Positions 7,306-16,471 of a stretch of 64,000 nt of DNA are shown here, piece by piece. The translations under genes were made by a program, and so were the position numbers. The notes below the pieces were generated by a model. It saw nothing but the letters and a program-made list of their open reading frames with translations. It had not been told where the DNA came from and did no database searches. The DNA is taken from contig MHQW01000047.1 in the NCBI GenBank assembly GCA_001820785.1, positions 5,928-69,927 on the forward strand, in the 5' to 3' direction. The DNA is from Candidatus Sungbacteria bacterium RIFCSPLOWO2_02_FULL_51_17. GTDB taxonomy: Bacteria > Patescibacteriota > Minisyncoccia > Sungbacterales > GWA2-42-14. Each line of letters begins with the position of its first letter. Position 1 is the stretch's first letter.

Positions 7306-8427
7306 ATGCAAAAAAAGAAGATATTATTCGTTATCACCAAATCAAACTGGGGCGGCGCCCAACGATACGTCTATGACCTTGCCGTATCGCTTCCACGCGA
7401 CCGGACAGAGGTCGCGGTAGCATGCGGCGGAGACGGTTCGCTCGTGCAAAAACTCACGGCACGCGGAATACGCGTCGTGCCCATCCCGCACCTTCAGCGA
7501 AACATCAGCATCGCAAAAGAAATGCGCTCGCTGGTCGCTCTCTGGCGGATATTCAAAAGAGAAAAGCCCAATGTTGTGCATCTGAACAGTTCCAAGGCAG
7601 GCTGCCTTGGCGCGCTTGCCGCACGTATCGCCGGCATTCCCCTGATAGTATTTACGGCTCATGGGTGGGCCTTTTCGGAAGATCGTTTCATCGGAACAAA
7701 AGGCGTCATCTGGTTGTTGAGCTGGCTTACAGCGCTATGGGCCCATTGCATCATCGTCATCACAGAGCATGATTCGTTGTGCCGGTATTTCTTCGCCATC
7801 CCGAAAAAAAAGTTCTCATATATTCCGAACGGCATTGACCTAAATGACGCCATGATACTTGACCGCGCCTCCGCGCGGGCAGAACTGGGACTCGCACTTC
7901 CTGATGATGCGGTACTTGCGGGAACTATTACCGAATATATCCCAAACAAGGGCATCGCCTACCTTATTGATGCAATGGCACTCGTGCCGGAGAGGATCAG
8001 CGCGGTCCTTATCGGCGGCGGAGAAGAAGAGGCCGCCATGAGGCGGCGCGCTGCGGAAACATCTGCAGCCAAGCGCATCACCTTTGCCGGGTTCCGCCCT
8101 GATGCCGTACGATTTCTGAAAGCGTTTGACATGTTCATCTTTCCCTCGCTCAAAGAGGGCCTTCCGTACGCGCTTCTTGAGGCGGGGCTTGCGGAACTTC
8201 CCGTTATCGCCTCACGGGTCGGCGGCATTCCCGATATCATCATCGACGGAAAAAATGGCATTCTCCTGGAACCAAAAAATGCGGCGGCACTTGCGGTGAA
8301 AATGACGCTTCTTCTTCGCGACACAGAACTTCGTGCACGTCTTGCCAAGAACCTTCATCACCATATCATGGATCGCTTCTCAAAGGATCTCATGGTGAAA
8401 AAGACCGCAGACCTGTATGGGATCTGA
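7306..8427 (+). CDS. glycosyltransferase family 4 (GT-B, Glycos_transf_1)
   Basis: 373 aa. N-terminus KILFVITKSNWGGAQRYVYDL; C-terminal GT1 signature FIFPSLKEGLPYALLEAGLAELPVIASRVGGIPDII. Confidence 0.85.
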   Translation: MQKKKILFVITKSNWGGAQRYVYDLAVSLPRDRTEVAVACGGDGSLVQKLTARGIRVVPIPHLQRNISIAKEMRSLVALWRIFKREKPNVVHLNSSKAGCLGALAARIAGIPLIVFTAHGWAFSEDRFIGTKGVIWLLSWLTALWAHCIIVITEHDSLCRYFFAIPKKKFSYIPNGIDLNDAMILDRASARAELGLALPDDAVLAGTITEYIPNKGIAYLIDAMALVPERISAVLIGGGEEEAAMRRRAAETSAAKRITFAGFRPDAVRFLKAFDMFIFPSLKEGLPYALLEAGLAELPVIASRVGGIPDIIIDGKNGILLEPKNAAALAVKMTLLLRDTELRARLAKNLHHHIMDRFSKDLMVKKTADLYGI

Positions 8428-8480
8428 TCTTCTGCCGCTCTCAAAAACATCACTACCCGCATACAATGGCATTGCATAGC

Positions 8481-8510
8481 CACATCTCCGCAAGTGTGAG
8501 GTGTTTTTTT
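8481..8510 (+). terminator. probable terminator after the GT4 gene
   Basis: Imperfect stem CACATC...GAGGTG followed by a T7 run. Confidence 0.4.
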
Positions 8511-8594
8511 AATGATAGGACGCTCCCACACGCGTTAGCCAACCGCAGAAAAATATGATACAGGTCTGGTACGAGCCAATCATTCCGAAAACGC

Positions 8595-9854
8595 ATGGAA
8601 CCCGTCTATATCACTGGAGCCGTCCGCACGCCTATCGGCTCGTTCCTCGGTTCTTTGAAAGAATTCTCCGCACCTCAGCTTGGGGCCACCTGTCTTGAAG
8701 CGTCTATAACACTTGCCGGTATTCCCTATCGCTGGCCCGTTGATTACTGCGTTATGGGAAATGTCTACCAGGCGGGCGTTGGGCAGGCCCCCGCACTTCA
8801 GGCGGTGCGCCTTGCAGAATCGCGTTCCCACATGCCGGCCCGCACCGTGAATAAGCTTTGCGGTTCCGGACTGGATGCGGTCATCATCGCCGCACAATCA
8901 GTCATGGCGCAACAAGCCGATATCGTTCTTGCGGGCGGCATGGAAAGTATGTCAAACGCGAAGTTCCTTCTTGACCGAGGTGCTATTAAAAAGAAGGCGG
9001 GCACGGCTACGAAAGATGATCTCGCCGTTGGCGACACAACGCTTATCTACGACTCGCTCATTTTTGACGGACTGGAGGACGCCTACACAAAGCGCTCCAT
9101 GGGAGAATGCGCGGAGCTCTGCGCCATGCACTATGATATCACCCGCGAAGAGCAAGATGCGTTTGCGATCCGGAGTTATACCCGCGCGATCGCAAGCTGG
9201 AAAGGCAGAGACACCGAAAGCGAGATCGTGTGCCCTCACAAGGGCAAGCGAGAGGCGCTCATCTGGGACGAGGAACTCGGCAAGTTCAATGAGAGCAAGC
9301 TTCGCGCGATGCCTCCGGTGTTTGATAAGGAGCATGGCACCATCACGGCGGCAAACGCCTCAAAGATCAGTGATGGGGCCGCGAGCATGGTCGTCATCTC
9401 GGAACGCGCGAAAGAGCAGTATCGCATGCGCGCACAAGCCCGCATTCTTGAGTGGGCAACGGTAGTGGAGGCGCCCGAATGGTTCACCATAGCCCCCATC
9501 GCCGCCATCCGCCGGCTTGATTTCTGGCGCAAGCACCGCGACAAGATAGACCTCTTTGAGATCAACGAGGCGTTCGCTCCCGTGGTCATCGCGGCAACCA
9601 GGGAACTGAACATCCCCGAAGAGAAGGTCAATATTGCGGGGGGCGCCATCGCCATGGGCCACCCCATCGGCGCATCCGGAGCCCGCATTCTTGTAACGCT
9701 CATCCACAACCTTCGCCTGATGAGAAAAAAGATCGGAGTTGCCGCCGTCTGCATTGGCGGAGGGGAGGCCATTGCAATGGTTATTGAGACAGTGGAAGCG
9801 CCTCCCACGCCGCGACGCCTCATACCCCAGCGCCAAACACGAATGCGGCAGTAA
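8595..9854 (+). CDS. acetyl-CoA C-acetyltransferase (thiolase II)
   Basis: 419 aa. YITGAVRTPIGSF, active-site region NKLCGSGLDAV, and C-terminal CIGGGEAIAMVIE. Confidence 0.9.
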   Translation: MEPVYITGAVRTPIGSFLGSLKEFSAPQLGATCLEASITLAGIPYRWPVDYCVMGNVYQAGVGQAPALQAVRLAESRSHMPARTVNKLCGSGLDAVIIAAQSVMAQQADIVLAGGMESMSNAKFLLDRGAIKKKAGTATKDDLAVGDTTLIYDSLIFDGLEDAYTKRSMGECAELCAMHYDITREEQDAFAIRSYTRAIASWKGRDTESEIVCPHKGKREALIWDEELGKFNESKLRAMPPVFDKEHGTITAANASKISDGAASMVVISERAKEQYRMRAQARILEWATVVEAPEWFTIAPIAAIRRLDFWRKHRDKIDLFEINEAFAPVVIAATRELNIPEEKVNIAGGAIAMGHPIGASGARILVTLIHNLRLMRKKIGVAAVCIGGGEAIAMVIETVEAPPTPRRLIPQRQTRMRQ

Positions 9855-9870
9855 GACCGCAAAAGTAAAC

Positions 9871-9898
9871 GCCCCGTCAGACGACAGGGCATTTTTTT
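9871..9898 (+). terminator. rho-independent terminator after the thiolase gene
   Basis: GCCCCGTC-AGAC-GACAGGGC (one mismatch) followed by ATTTTTTT. Confidence 0.6.
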
Positions 9899-9953
9899 AT
9901 ACAGTTCATCGCAAAGAAAGTGAATCTCACATTAGGCATTCATACTATATCCA

Positions 9954-10034
9954 GAATTCTATTTTCTAATCTACCTTCTGGCAGACAGGTTTGCGCGCCT
10001 GCCCGCCTACGGCGGGAATTAGAGAATAGAAAAG
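9954..10034. repeat. GAATTAGAGAAT-family palindromic element (copy A)
   Basis: The arms GAATTCTATTTTCTAATC and GAATTAGAGAATAGAAAAG flank a GC-rich core. Positions 9993-10029 are the reverse complement of 32367-32403, with 2 mismatches over ~37 nt. Confidence 0.8.
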
Positions 10035-10065
10035 CAACGACATAATGATCGTGTGCAGTCGCACG

Positions 10066-10983
10066 CTATACCAGGCCATGCAGTTTTTTGAGCTCCGCGA
10101 TGCCGTCTTCAAACACCACTTGCGGCTTCCATCCGAGAAGTTCTCGCGCTTTGGTGATATCGGCACGAGTGTGCTTGGGCTCAATACGCGGCTCAACGAA
10201 CACTGTCGGGCCCCCGATCATTTCCGCGATCTCGCTTACCGTATAATTTTTTCCGCCGCCGATGTTGATGGCTTCTCCTGCGCCAACATTCCGGGAGCGC
10301 GCGGCAAGGATATTCGCGCGCACAATATCGCGCACGTGGGTAAAATCGCGCGACTGCGTGCCATCTGGTACCACGGTCATGGGTTCACCCTTTTGCCGCT
10401 GTGCCAAAAATCGCGACACGACGAGAGCATATGCCCCTTCGTTGGACGCCCGCGGCCCATAGACATTGAAGTACCGGAGTGAGACCGTTTGAAGCCCATA
10501 GATGCGCGAGAACAAACGACACTGAAGTTCCCCGACATATTTTTGCAAGCCGTATGGACTTAGCGGGTCTGCGGCCATGTCCTCGGTCAACGGCAATTTC
10601 TCCTGGTCGCCGTAGGCGGAAGACGAGGCCGCGTATACGACGCGCCTCACCTTGGCGTCGCGCGCGGCAACAAGTACATTCAACGTGCCTGTGTGATTGA
10701 TCTCGTTTGTAAGCCGCGGATCAATGATGGAGGGCTGTACTCGTGGAAGGGCCGCAAGGTGAAACACCAGTTTCGCCCCCGTAAACACCAAAGCGATATC
10801 GTCAAATTTCCGAATATCATGTATATGCAGTGTCGCCGACGGGTGCACCTGCTCGCGCTTTCCCGCGGAAAGATCATCTATGACATGCACGTCATACCCC
10901 TCTCCCACAAGGGCCTCCACAAGGTGCGATCCGATGAACCCGGCGCCGCCCGTCACGATAACTTTTGTTTTCTTGGTATTCAT
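10066..10983 (-). CDS. NAD-dependent sugar-nucleotide epimerase/dehydratase (extended SDR; GalE/UXS-like)
   Basis: 305 aa. VIVTGGAGFIGSHLVEAL, and the catalytic YAASSSAYG / SPYGLQK (YxxxK). Confidence 0.85.
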   Translation of the reverse strand: MNTKKTKVIVTGGAGFIGSHLVEALVGEGYDVHVIDDLSAGKREQVHPSATLHIHDIRKFDDIALVFTGAKLVFHLAALPRVQPSIIDPRLTNEINHTGTLNVLVAARDAKVRRVVYAASSSAYGDQEKLPLTEDMAADPLSPYGLQKYVGELQCRLFSRIYGLQTVSLRYFNVYGPRASNEGAYALVVSRFLAQRQKGEPMTVVPDGTQSRDFTHVRDIVRANILAARSRNVGAGEAINIGGGKNYTVSEIAEMIGGPTVFVEPRIEPKHTRADITKARELLGWKPQVVFEDGIAELKKLHGLV

Positions 10984-11045
10984 ATCCGTTGAAACGCATC
11001 GCCGCTTTACTTCGTTACAATATATAGTGAACGCGCTACTTCATA

Positions 11046-11073
11046 ATATATGGAGGTTCAACCTCCATATATT
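11046..11073. repeat. palindrome ATATATGGAGGTT-C-AACCTCCATATAT, copy 2 of 2
   Basis: Located in the divergent promoter region between the epimerase (start 10983, minus) and the priming transferase (start 11194/11215, plus). Confidence 0.8.
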
Positions 11074-11193
11074 TTTATTCAATTGTGGTGGGATGCGCTA
11101 CTCACTAAAACCATATACGCATCATACTCTTTTGCACCAATAGGAGAAACCTCAAGCCCCTCCGGCTTCATAAAATCCACATATTTGGTATAG

Positions 11194-12591
11194 TTGAAAG
11201 AGTATTTCGCTTCTATGCATAAAAACTCAAGGAAAATAGGTGTATTTATCACGGCCCTGGGAGACATTGGGCTTCTTTTTGCATCGTTGTACCTCGGCCT
11301 TTCGGTGCGAAATCTTTCGTGGGCGACCCAGGGCATTTGGCAACTTCACTTCGCCCCCTTCGGCCGCGCGTTCATCGTCTGGATCGCGGTGTTCATCATG
11401 TTCGGATTGTACGACATTAGGATCACAAAAAATAGCTCAACATTCATGCGCCGTCTCATACAAGCGCTTTTTATCACAGCGCTTGCCACGACGCTTATTT
11501 TTTATTTTGATCCAACGACAAAGCTGACGCCAAAGACCATTCTGTTCCTTACTATTCTTTTTTCCGCGGGATTCCTGGTGCTCTGGCGATCGCTATTTAA
11601 CAGCATCCTGGCGGCAAGCTCAAAGAACCGCGTGCTATTCTTCGGCGTTACAAAAGAGGTCGCCGCCATGGCCCACCATCTGACGCAAAACCCCCAGTTC
11701 GGATATGAGCCGGTGGCACTGATGCGGGTTGCGGGAGACGAGGAGGGAGCGCTTCCCGCCGCCTATCCGTCATATGCAAAAGAGACAGTTCTCAAAGACA
11801 TCATCCTTCGCCACTCTATTGATACGATAGTCGTCTCGGCAAATATCCGCGAGAATAAAGAGCTTGTCCGAACATTTTTTGATATTGTTCCATTGGGACG
11901 AGCCATTGTGGAATTCCCAGAGTTCTACGAGTCCATCACGGGAAAAATTCCCGTCTCACTCATCGGCGAGGTGTGGTTTCTGGAGCATCTCGTTGGCGGT
12001 AGAAATCGTCTGTTTGAACTCACCGAACGCCTTATTGATCTTATAGGAGCGCTCGCCCTTCTTGGCCCGGCTCTCCTGCTCACACCTCTTGTAGCACTTG
12101 CAGTGCGGCTTGATTCCCGCGGCCCCGTCTTTTATTTCCAAAAACGGATAGGAAAAAATAACAAGCTGATAGAGATCATAAAGATACGCACCATGGTGGC
12201 GGATGCAGAAAGGGGCGTCGCCAAATGGGCCGACGAGAACGATCCCCGCGTAACGCGGATCGGAAGCATTCTCCGCAAGACCCGCCTTGATGAAATCCCG
12301 CAAATCTGGAATGTGCTTAAAGGTGATCTGTCGTTCGTGGGACCACGTCCGGAACGCCCGGAATTCGTTGAACTTTTGCGGGCCCAGATACCCTTTTACG
12401 ATATGCGCCATCTCGTAACTCCGGGGCTTACAGGATGGGCCCAGATAAATTTCCCCTATGGTGCATCGGTTCAAGACGCGCTTGAAAAACTTCAGTACGA
12501 TCTCTACTACATAAAAAACCAGTCGCTTGCCCTTAACTTTTCCATTTACCTTCGAACTATTTTTATCATGTTCTCACGCGGCGGACGCTAG
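11194..12591 (+). CDS. polyprenyl-phosphate hexose-1-phosphate transferase (WbaP / bacterial sugar transferase family), the priming enzyme
   Basis: 465 aa. N-terminal TM helices and a C-terminal Bac_transf domain (PVFYFQKRIGKNNKLIEIIKIRTM...DEIPQIWNVLKGDLSFVGPRPERPEF). The ORF begins with TTG at 11194; the first ATG is at 11215. Confidence 0.9.
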   Translation: MKEYFASMHKNSRKIGVFITALGDIGLLFASLYLGLSVRNLSWATQGIWQLHFAPFGRAFIVWIAVFIMFGLYDIRITKNSSTFMRRLIQALFITALATTLIFYFDPTTKLTPKTILFLTILFSAGFLVLWRSLFNSILAASSKNRVLFFGVTKEVAAMAHHLTQNPQFGYEPVALMRVAGDEEGALPAAYPSYAKETVLKDIILRHSIDTIVVSANIRENKELVRTFFDIVPLGRAIVEFPEFYESITGKIPVSLIGEVWFLEHLVGGRNRLFELTERLIDLIGALALLGPALLLTPLVALAVRLDSRGPVFYFQKRIGKNNKLIEIIKIRTMVADAERGVAKWADENDPRVTRIGSILRKTRLDEIPQIWNVLKGDLSFVGPRPERPEFVELLRAQIPFYDMRHLVTPGLTGWAQINFPYGASVQDALEKLQYDLYYIKNQSLALNFSIYLRTIFIMFSRGGR

Positions 12592-12627
12592 TATTGACAA
12601 AATATTATTTTCTAGTATTATGATCAT

Positions 12628-12649
12628 GCTCCGCACGGAGCGTTTTTTG
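12628..12649 (+). terminator. rho-independent terminator after the priming transferase
   Basis: GCTCC-GCAC-GGAGC followed by GTTTTTTG. Confidence 0.75.
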
Positions 12650-13075
12650 TCCCCCGTTACGCTGAAGCACGGGGCTCTCTCCGCCTTCAGCTTCCAGCGC
12701 CGAGACGGCGCGAAAGGAGCGAATCTGTGAAGCAGGCACGAAAGAAACGTGGTATTGATCTCACCGACTCCGTTAAGGTGGCGCTCTGGTCGTGTGTGAA
12801 GCTTTGCGACTTGGGGTACACCTCATCCCCCCTCTTTGATACGATACAAGAGGTGCAGTATGTAGATCTCGGCATGAAGATCGGGGACCCATACCTGTAT
12901 TTTTATACAAGGACCTTCAGCGTATCCGGCAGATACCCGCGGCGAAAGGCGTGGATTCAGCTTAGTGCGACCGGCTCCGATTGGGGTTTCAGTCATGCAG
13001 ACTTTTATCAATATCTGAAGTGCGGCCTTTTTGTCCGCACACTTCAAAACGTACAACGAGCCGATCGGCAAACAA

Positions 13076-13888
13076 TTAAACCTTGGGATGCCCATAATCG
13101 GGCTCAAGCCCCTGTGTGCGGATAAGCGCCAAGTTCTCATCATCAAGCGCCTCAAGCCAATTCATGTTCACATTCACTTTCTTGCCGAGCGCGATAAGAG
13201 TCCGCACGTCTTTGGGAAAACACGTGCCAGAATATCCGCGAAACCCCTCGTACCAAATATCAAAACCCCATCCCCCGATGCGAGAGTCGGCCGCAAGCAA
13301 TCCCTTTATTTCGTCATAGTTAATACCGAGCGCCTCCGAAAATTCAAAAAGTTTATTGGCAAGCGCCACGCGAGCGGCAAGAGCGGTGTTTGACGCGTAT
13401 TTCAAAAGTTCCGCCGATTTTGCTGGAACCACCGTCGTGAACTCCTGCGGGGCTTTCGGCAAAAGTCCTATGAGAGTGCGGGCGGCATCTTTGCTTTTTA
13501 GGGTATACCCCACGACTTGCCGCGGAGGCGCAGTAAAATCTTCAAACGCGAATTTTGCGCGCAAAAACTCCGGGTTGAAAAGAAACGTGTGTTGTGGATG
13601 GCGCGCCTGCAGGCGATCGGTCGTGCCGGGCGGAATAGTTGAGCGCAGAACGACTATTTTTTCTCCGGTAAGGGCCTCCACCGCCGACTCAACATAGGAA
13701 AGATTGATGTCTTTTTTGTGCTGGTCGTATGGGGTGTTCACGCAGATGAACACCATGTCGGCCTTGTTCACCTCCTCGGGAGAGCCGATGCCTTTTTTAT
13801 CGTACAAAAACAAGGGCTTCCCCTCGCCGCAAAAATACCGCTCCATGGAACCGCCTAGAAATCCGAGGCCGATGATGCCGATGTTCAT
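13076..13888 (-). CDS. UDP-glucose/GDP-mannose 6-dehydrogenase family protein, short form lacking the C-terminal nucleotide-sugar-binding domain
   Basis: 270 aa. Rossmann motif NIGIIGLGFLGG, NPEFL, and a catalytic-Cys motif GYSGTCFPKD. The protein ends shortly after the central domain. A paralog lies at 45660-46520. Confidence 0.75.
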   Translation of the reverse strand: MNIGIIGLGFLGGSMERYFCGEGKPLFLYDKKGIGSPEEVNKADMVFICVNTPYDQHKKDINLSYVESAVEALTGEKIVVLRSTIPPGTTDRLQARHPQHTFLFNPEFLRAKFAFEDFTAPPRQVVGYTLKSKDAARTLIGLLPKAPQEFTTVVPAKSAELLKYASNTALAARVALANKLFEFSEALGINYDEIKGLLAADSRIGGWGFDIWYEGFRGYSGTCFPKDVRTLIALGKKVNVNMNWLEALDDENLALIRTQGLEPDYGHPKV

Positions 13889-13978
13889 AGAAATGAATGT
13901 TTAGAGTAAGAGCGCCGAAAAGCGCCCCGAGGCACAGGCCCCCGCACACCAAGTAAAACGAGGGCAAAGAACCATAAG

Positions 13979-16291
13979 TTACGGAAGAGGACCGCCGGCA
14001 TCAATGATCTTCAGAAATTGCTCGCCCTGGTCGCGGTAATTTGTCGGATCAAGGCGTATCGCCTCGCGAACCTGCGCTCTTGCGTCGTCTTTTTTCCCGA
14101 TAGCATAGTAGGCCGTTCCGATGCTCGCGTGATACTGCGGATTATCCGGATTTAGCAGTATGAGGCGTTCGTAGAGCGTAATAATGCGGACGTAGTCCTT
14201 TTTTGGCCCGAGAGCCGCGATAATGCGCGGGTACGTATTGAAGCGATGGTAGTCGCCCCGATCCGAGCTATCTATCGCGCGCTCAAGTTCGGCAAGGGCC
14301 GCATCCAGATCACCCTTGCCTGAAAGAATGGTGAGCATGACAAAGACGGTTTGCGCCTCAACATTTGCCGGCTCCAACAGTACGACGTTTCGACCGACAT
14401 CTACAGCTTTATCCATCTGACCCATATTCATATAGAGTTGCGCGAGAGTGTAATAGGTCTGCTGTTTTGTCGGGCTCATTTCAGTCGCCTTCAAAAGTGC
14501 GGCCTCGGCTTTTGCCGGATAGGTCTGGTCAATGCTTGCAAATGAAATGTAAAGCGAGGCGATAAACTGGAGATACTTCATATCAAGCGGCTGATCGCGA
14601 ACTTGTTTTTCTATTTCGCCGATCGCAAAAAGCGCGTACTCCCTGCGGTCCTCCTCTTTCATATCCTTGTTCTCAAAATAACGATAGGCGGATTGGGCGA
14701 GTTGCTCGCGCACCTCGGAGGTGCCGGTGGGCGTGTTGTAGGCGAGCGCCGTGTTGAAATACTCGCGAGCTATCGTGATGGGAGCATTTTGCGCCTGCAC
14801 GCGAAGAGCGCTGATAAGCGCCCGCCCCTGAAGGATCGGCTTGATATTTACCGCATAGGCGGCGATGAGAAACACTACGGCTCCCGCGACAAAAACGCTT
14901 AACGAGCGGGGGATCCGGCGCGCCTGTGTTGCGTACGCTTCAAGACGATCGTTTTTTGTGCGCGCCTCCTGGGGGATGCCCGCATCAAAAGAACCACCGA
15001 CGTCAAATCCGTTCACATAGGCGAGAACCGCGAAGAACAACATGTAGGTGTTGAGGTTATCAAAAACGAATATGTTCTGCAAAAAGTAGGCGACAAGCCC
15101 GACCCCGATAATAATTGGTTCGTAGGGATGCGCGCGATCGGCCCGCCAGCGTTTCCACAAAAGATGAAGGGCGGCGGCAAACAAAGAAAGGTACGAAAGC
15201 AATCCGAGAATGCCCGTGTGGATCATCCAATCAAACACAATGTTGTGAGCGCGGTCAAACCACGGCTCCTGATCATAGAGGCGCGGGTCAAAGTAGCGGG
15301 CGAACACGATGTTAAAGTTTTCCTGGCCCCATCCGAGTATCGGCCGCGCCTTCACGCCCTGCCACGCGATTCCCCATATCATAAAACGAGAACGGACGGT
15401 TTTTTCCTGTAAAGAAATATTTGCGAACCGCGAGAGCGCGGGATCCGCTTTTACCCACGCCCAGTCGCGCGCCTGATACAAAAGAAATGGCGCAAGCACC
15501 ACCAGTAAAAGCCCTGCGCCGATCGCCGCCTTTATGGTCCTGCCGCGAGCGGATGCCGCGCGAACACCAACAATATACAACACACCAAAAAGAAGGGCCG
15601 CGACAAAAAGGGCAAGTGCGGCGCCTCTCGTTGCCGAAAGATACATGACGAGAAGGAAAAAAGCGGCGAGCGCGCCGTAGGCAAGACGCAGGCGGAAATT
15701 GCTCACCCTGAACGCCACAATGCCAACGATTATGCAGGCAAGCAACAGGTAGGCCGCAAGATAGGCCGGGTTCCCGATCGTTCCGTCAACACGCGCGCCT
15801 CCCTGAATGGAAATAAAATAGCCGAGCCGCTGGAAAAACGCGTAGATGCCGACAAGAAATGCTCCCGCGCACATGAGATTGAAAAAGACGAGCCAGTCCT
15901 TTCGCGTTTTGAAAACACCTGCAAGAACAAAATAATACATGACGACGTGCACGATCGTCCAAAACCCTTCCATCCGCTCATAATTTGACCAGAACGACCG
16001 CCCGATGTGAACGCCCAAAAGATCGGCGGTAAACACGATGACGATGAATGCGAACACCGCACTGTTGAGTTTGGTGAGTTTAGGACGATATTCCGGTGCG
16101 AGGGCCGCAAGGGCCATCCAAAGAAAAAATGCCGCCTCCACAAGAATGCGAAATGTAAAATTACGCCCCGTGATAAACGGGAACAGCATGGAGGAAGAAA
16201 TGTAGAGCGGCAGAAACGGCACCACGAATAAGAGACCCTTGATCGCCCAAAGATATGCAGTTTTAAGGCCCAGATAGGTCATATGAGGCAA
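13979..16291 (-). CDS. O-antigen ligase/polymerase-like (Wzy_C) polytopic membrane protein with C-terminal TPR repeats
   Basis: 770 aa with ~12 predicted TM helices in the first ~450 aa, then TPR-like repeats (YYTLAQLYMNMGQMDKAVD..., YHASIGTAYYAIGKKDDARAQVREAIRLDP). Confidence 0.7.
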   Translation of the reverse strand: MPHMTYLGLKTAYLWAIKGLLFVVPFLPLYISSSMLFPFITGRNFTFRILVEAAFFLWMALAALAPEYRPKLTKLNSAVFAFIVIVFTADLLGVHIGRSFWSNYERMEGFWTIVHVVMYYFVLAGVFKTRKDWLVFFNLMCAGAFLVGIYAFFQRLGYFISIQGGARVDGTIGNPAYLAAYLLLACIIVGIVAFRVSNFRLRLAYGALAAFFLLVMYLSATRGAALALFVAALLFGVLYIVGVRAASARGRTIKAAIGAGLLLVVLAPFLLYQARDWAWVKADPALSRFANISLQEKTVRSRFMIWGIAWQGVKARPILGWGQENFNIVFARYFDPRLYDQEPWFDRAHNIVFDWMIHTGILGLLSYLSLFAAALHLLWKRWRADRAHPYEPIIIGVGLVAYFLQNIFVFDNLNTYMLFFAVLAYVNGFDVGGSFDAGIPQEARTKNDRLEAYATQARRIPRSLSVFVAGAVVFLIAAYAVNIKPILQGRALISALRVQAQNAPITIAREYFNTALAYNTPTGTSEVREQLAQSAYRYFENKDMKEEDRREYALFAIGEIEKQVRDQPLDMKYLQFIASLYISFASIDQTYPAKAEAALLKATEMSPTKQQTYYTLAQLYMNMGQMDKAVDVGRNVVLLEPANVEAQTVFVMLTILSGKGDLDAALAELERAIDSSDRGDYHRFNTYPRIIAALGPKKDYVRIITLYERLILLNPDNPQYHASIGTAYYAIGKKDDARAQVREAIRLDPTNYRDQGEQFLKIIDAGGPLP

Positions 16292-16405
16292 GAATACCCG
16301 TCCAGTATACCAAAGCGTAAAAAAGATAACAAGGAAAATGTGCTAAAAATCCCCGTAAGAATTGGCTCAAAACGATCGGCATAATCAGCTCATAATGACA
16401 AAATT

Positions 16406-16436
16406 AATTGGCTCATCTCAAAGAAATGAGCCAATT
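16406..16436 (-). terminator. hairpin terminator after the methyltransferase gene
   Basis: 11-bp stem AATTGGCTCAT/ATGAGCCAATT with a 9-nt loop. The minus-strand tail is AATTTTG. Confidence 0.55.
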
Positions 16437-16471
16437 ACCTAAGTCCGCCAGATACGGCATTCCCCTGAACG

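Noticed and set aside
12727-13125. 132-aa GTG-start ORF in the 480-bp gap after the priming transferase. It has a GGAG 8 nt upstream.
   Set aside because: It has no recognisable motif. It overlaps the 3' end of the dehydrogenase-like gene by 50 nt and contains a hairpin (~13012-13040) that is better explained as that gene's terminator. It may be real, but I cannot support it.
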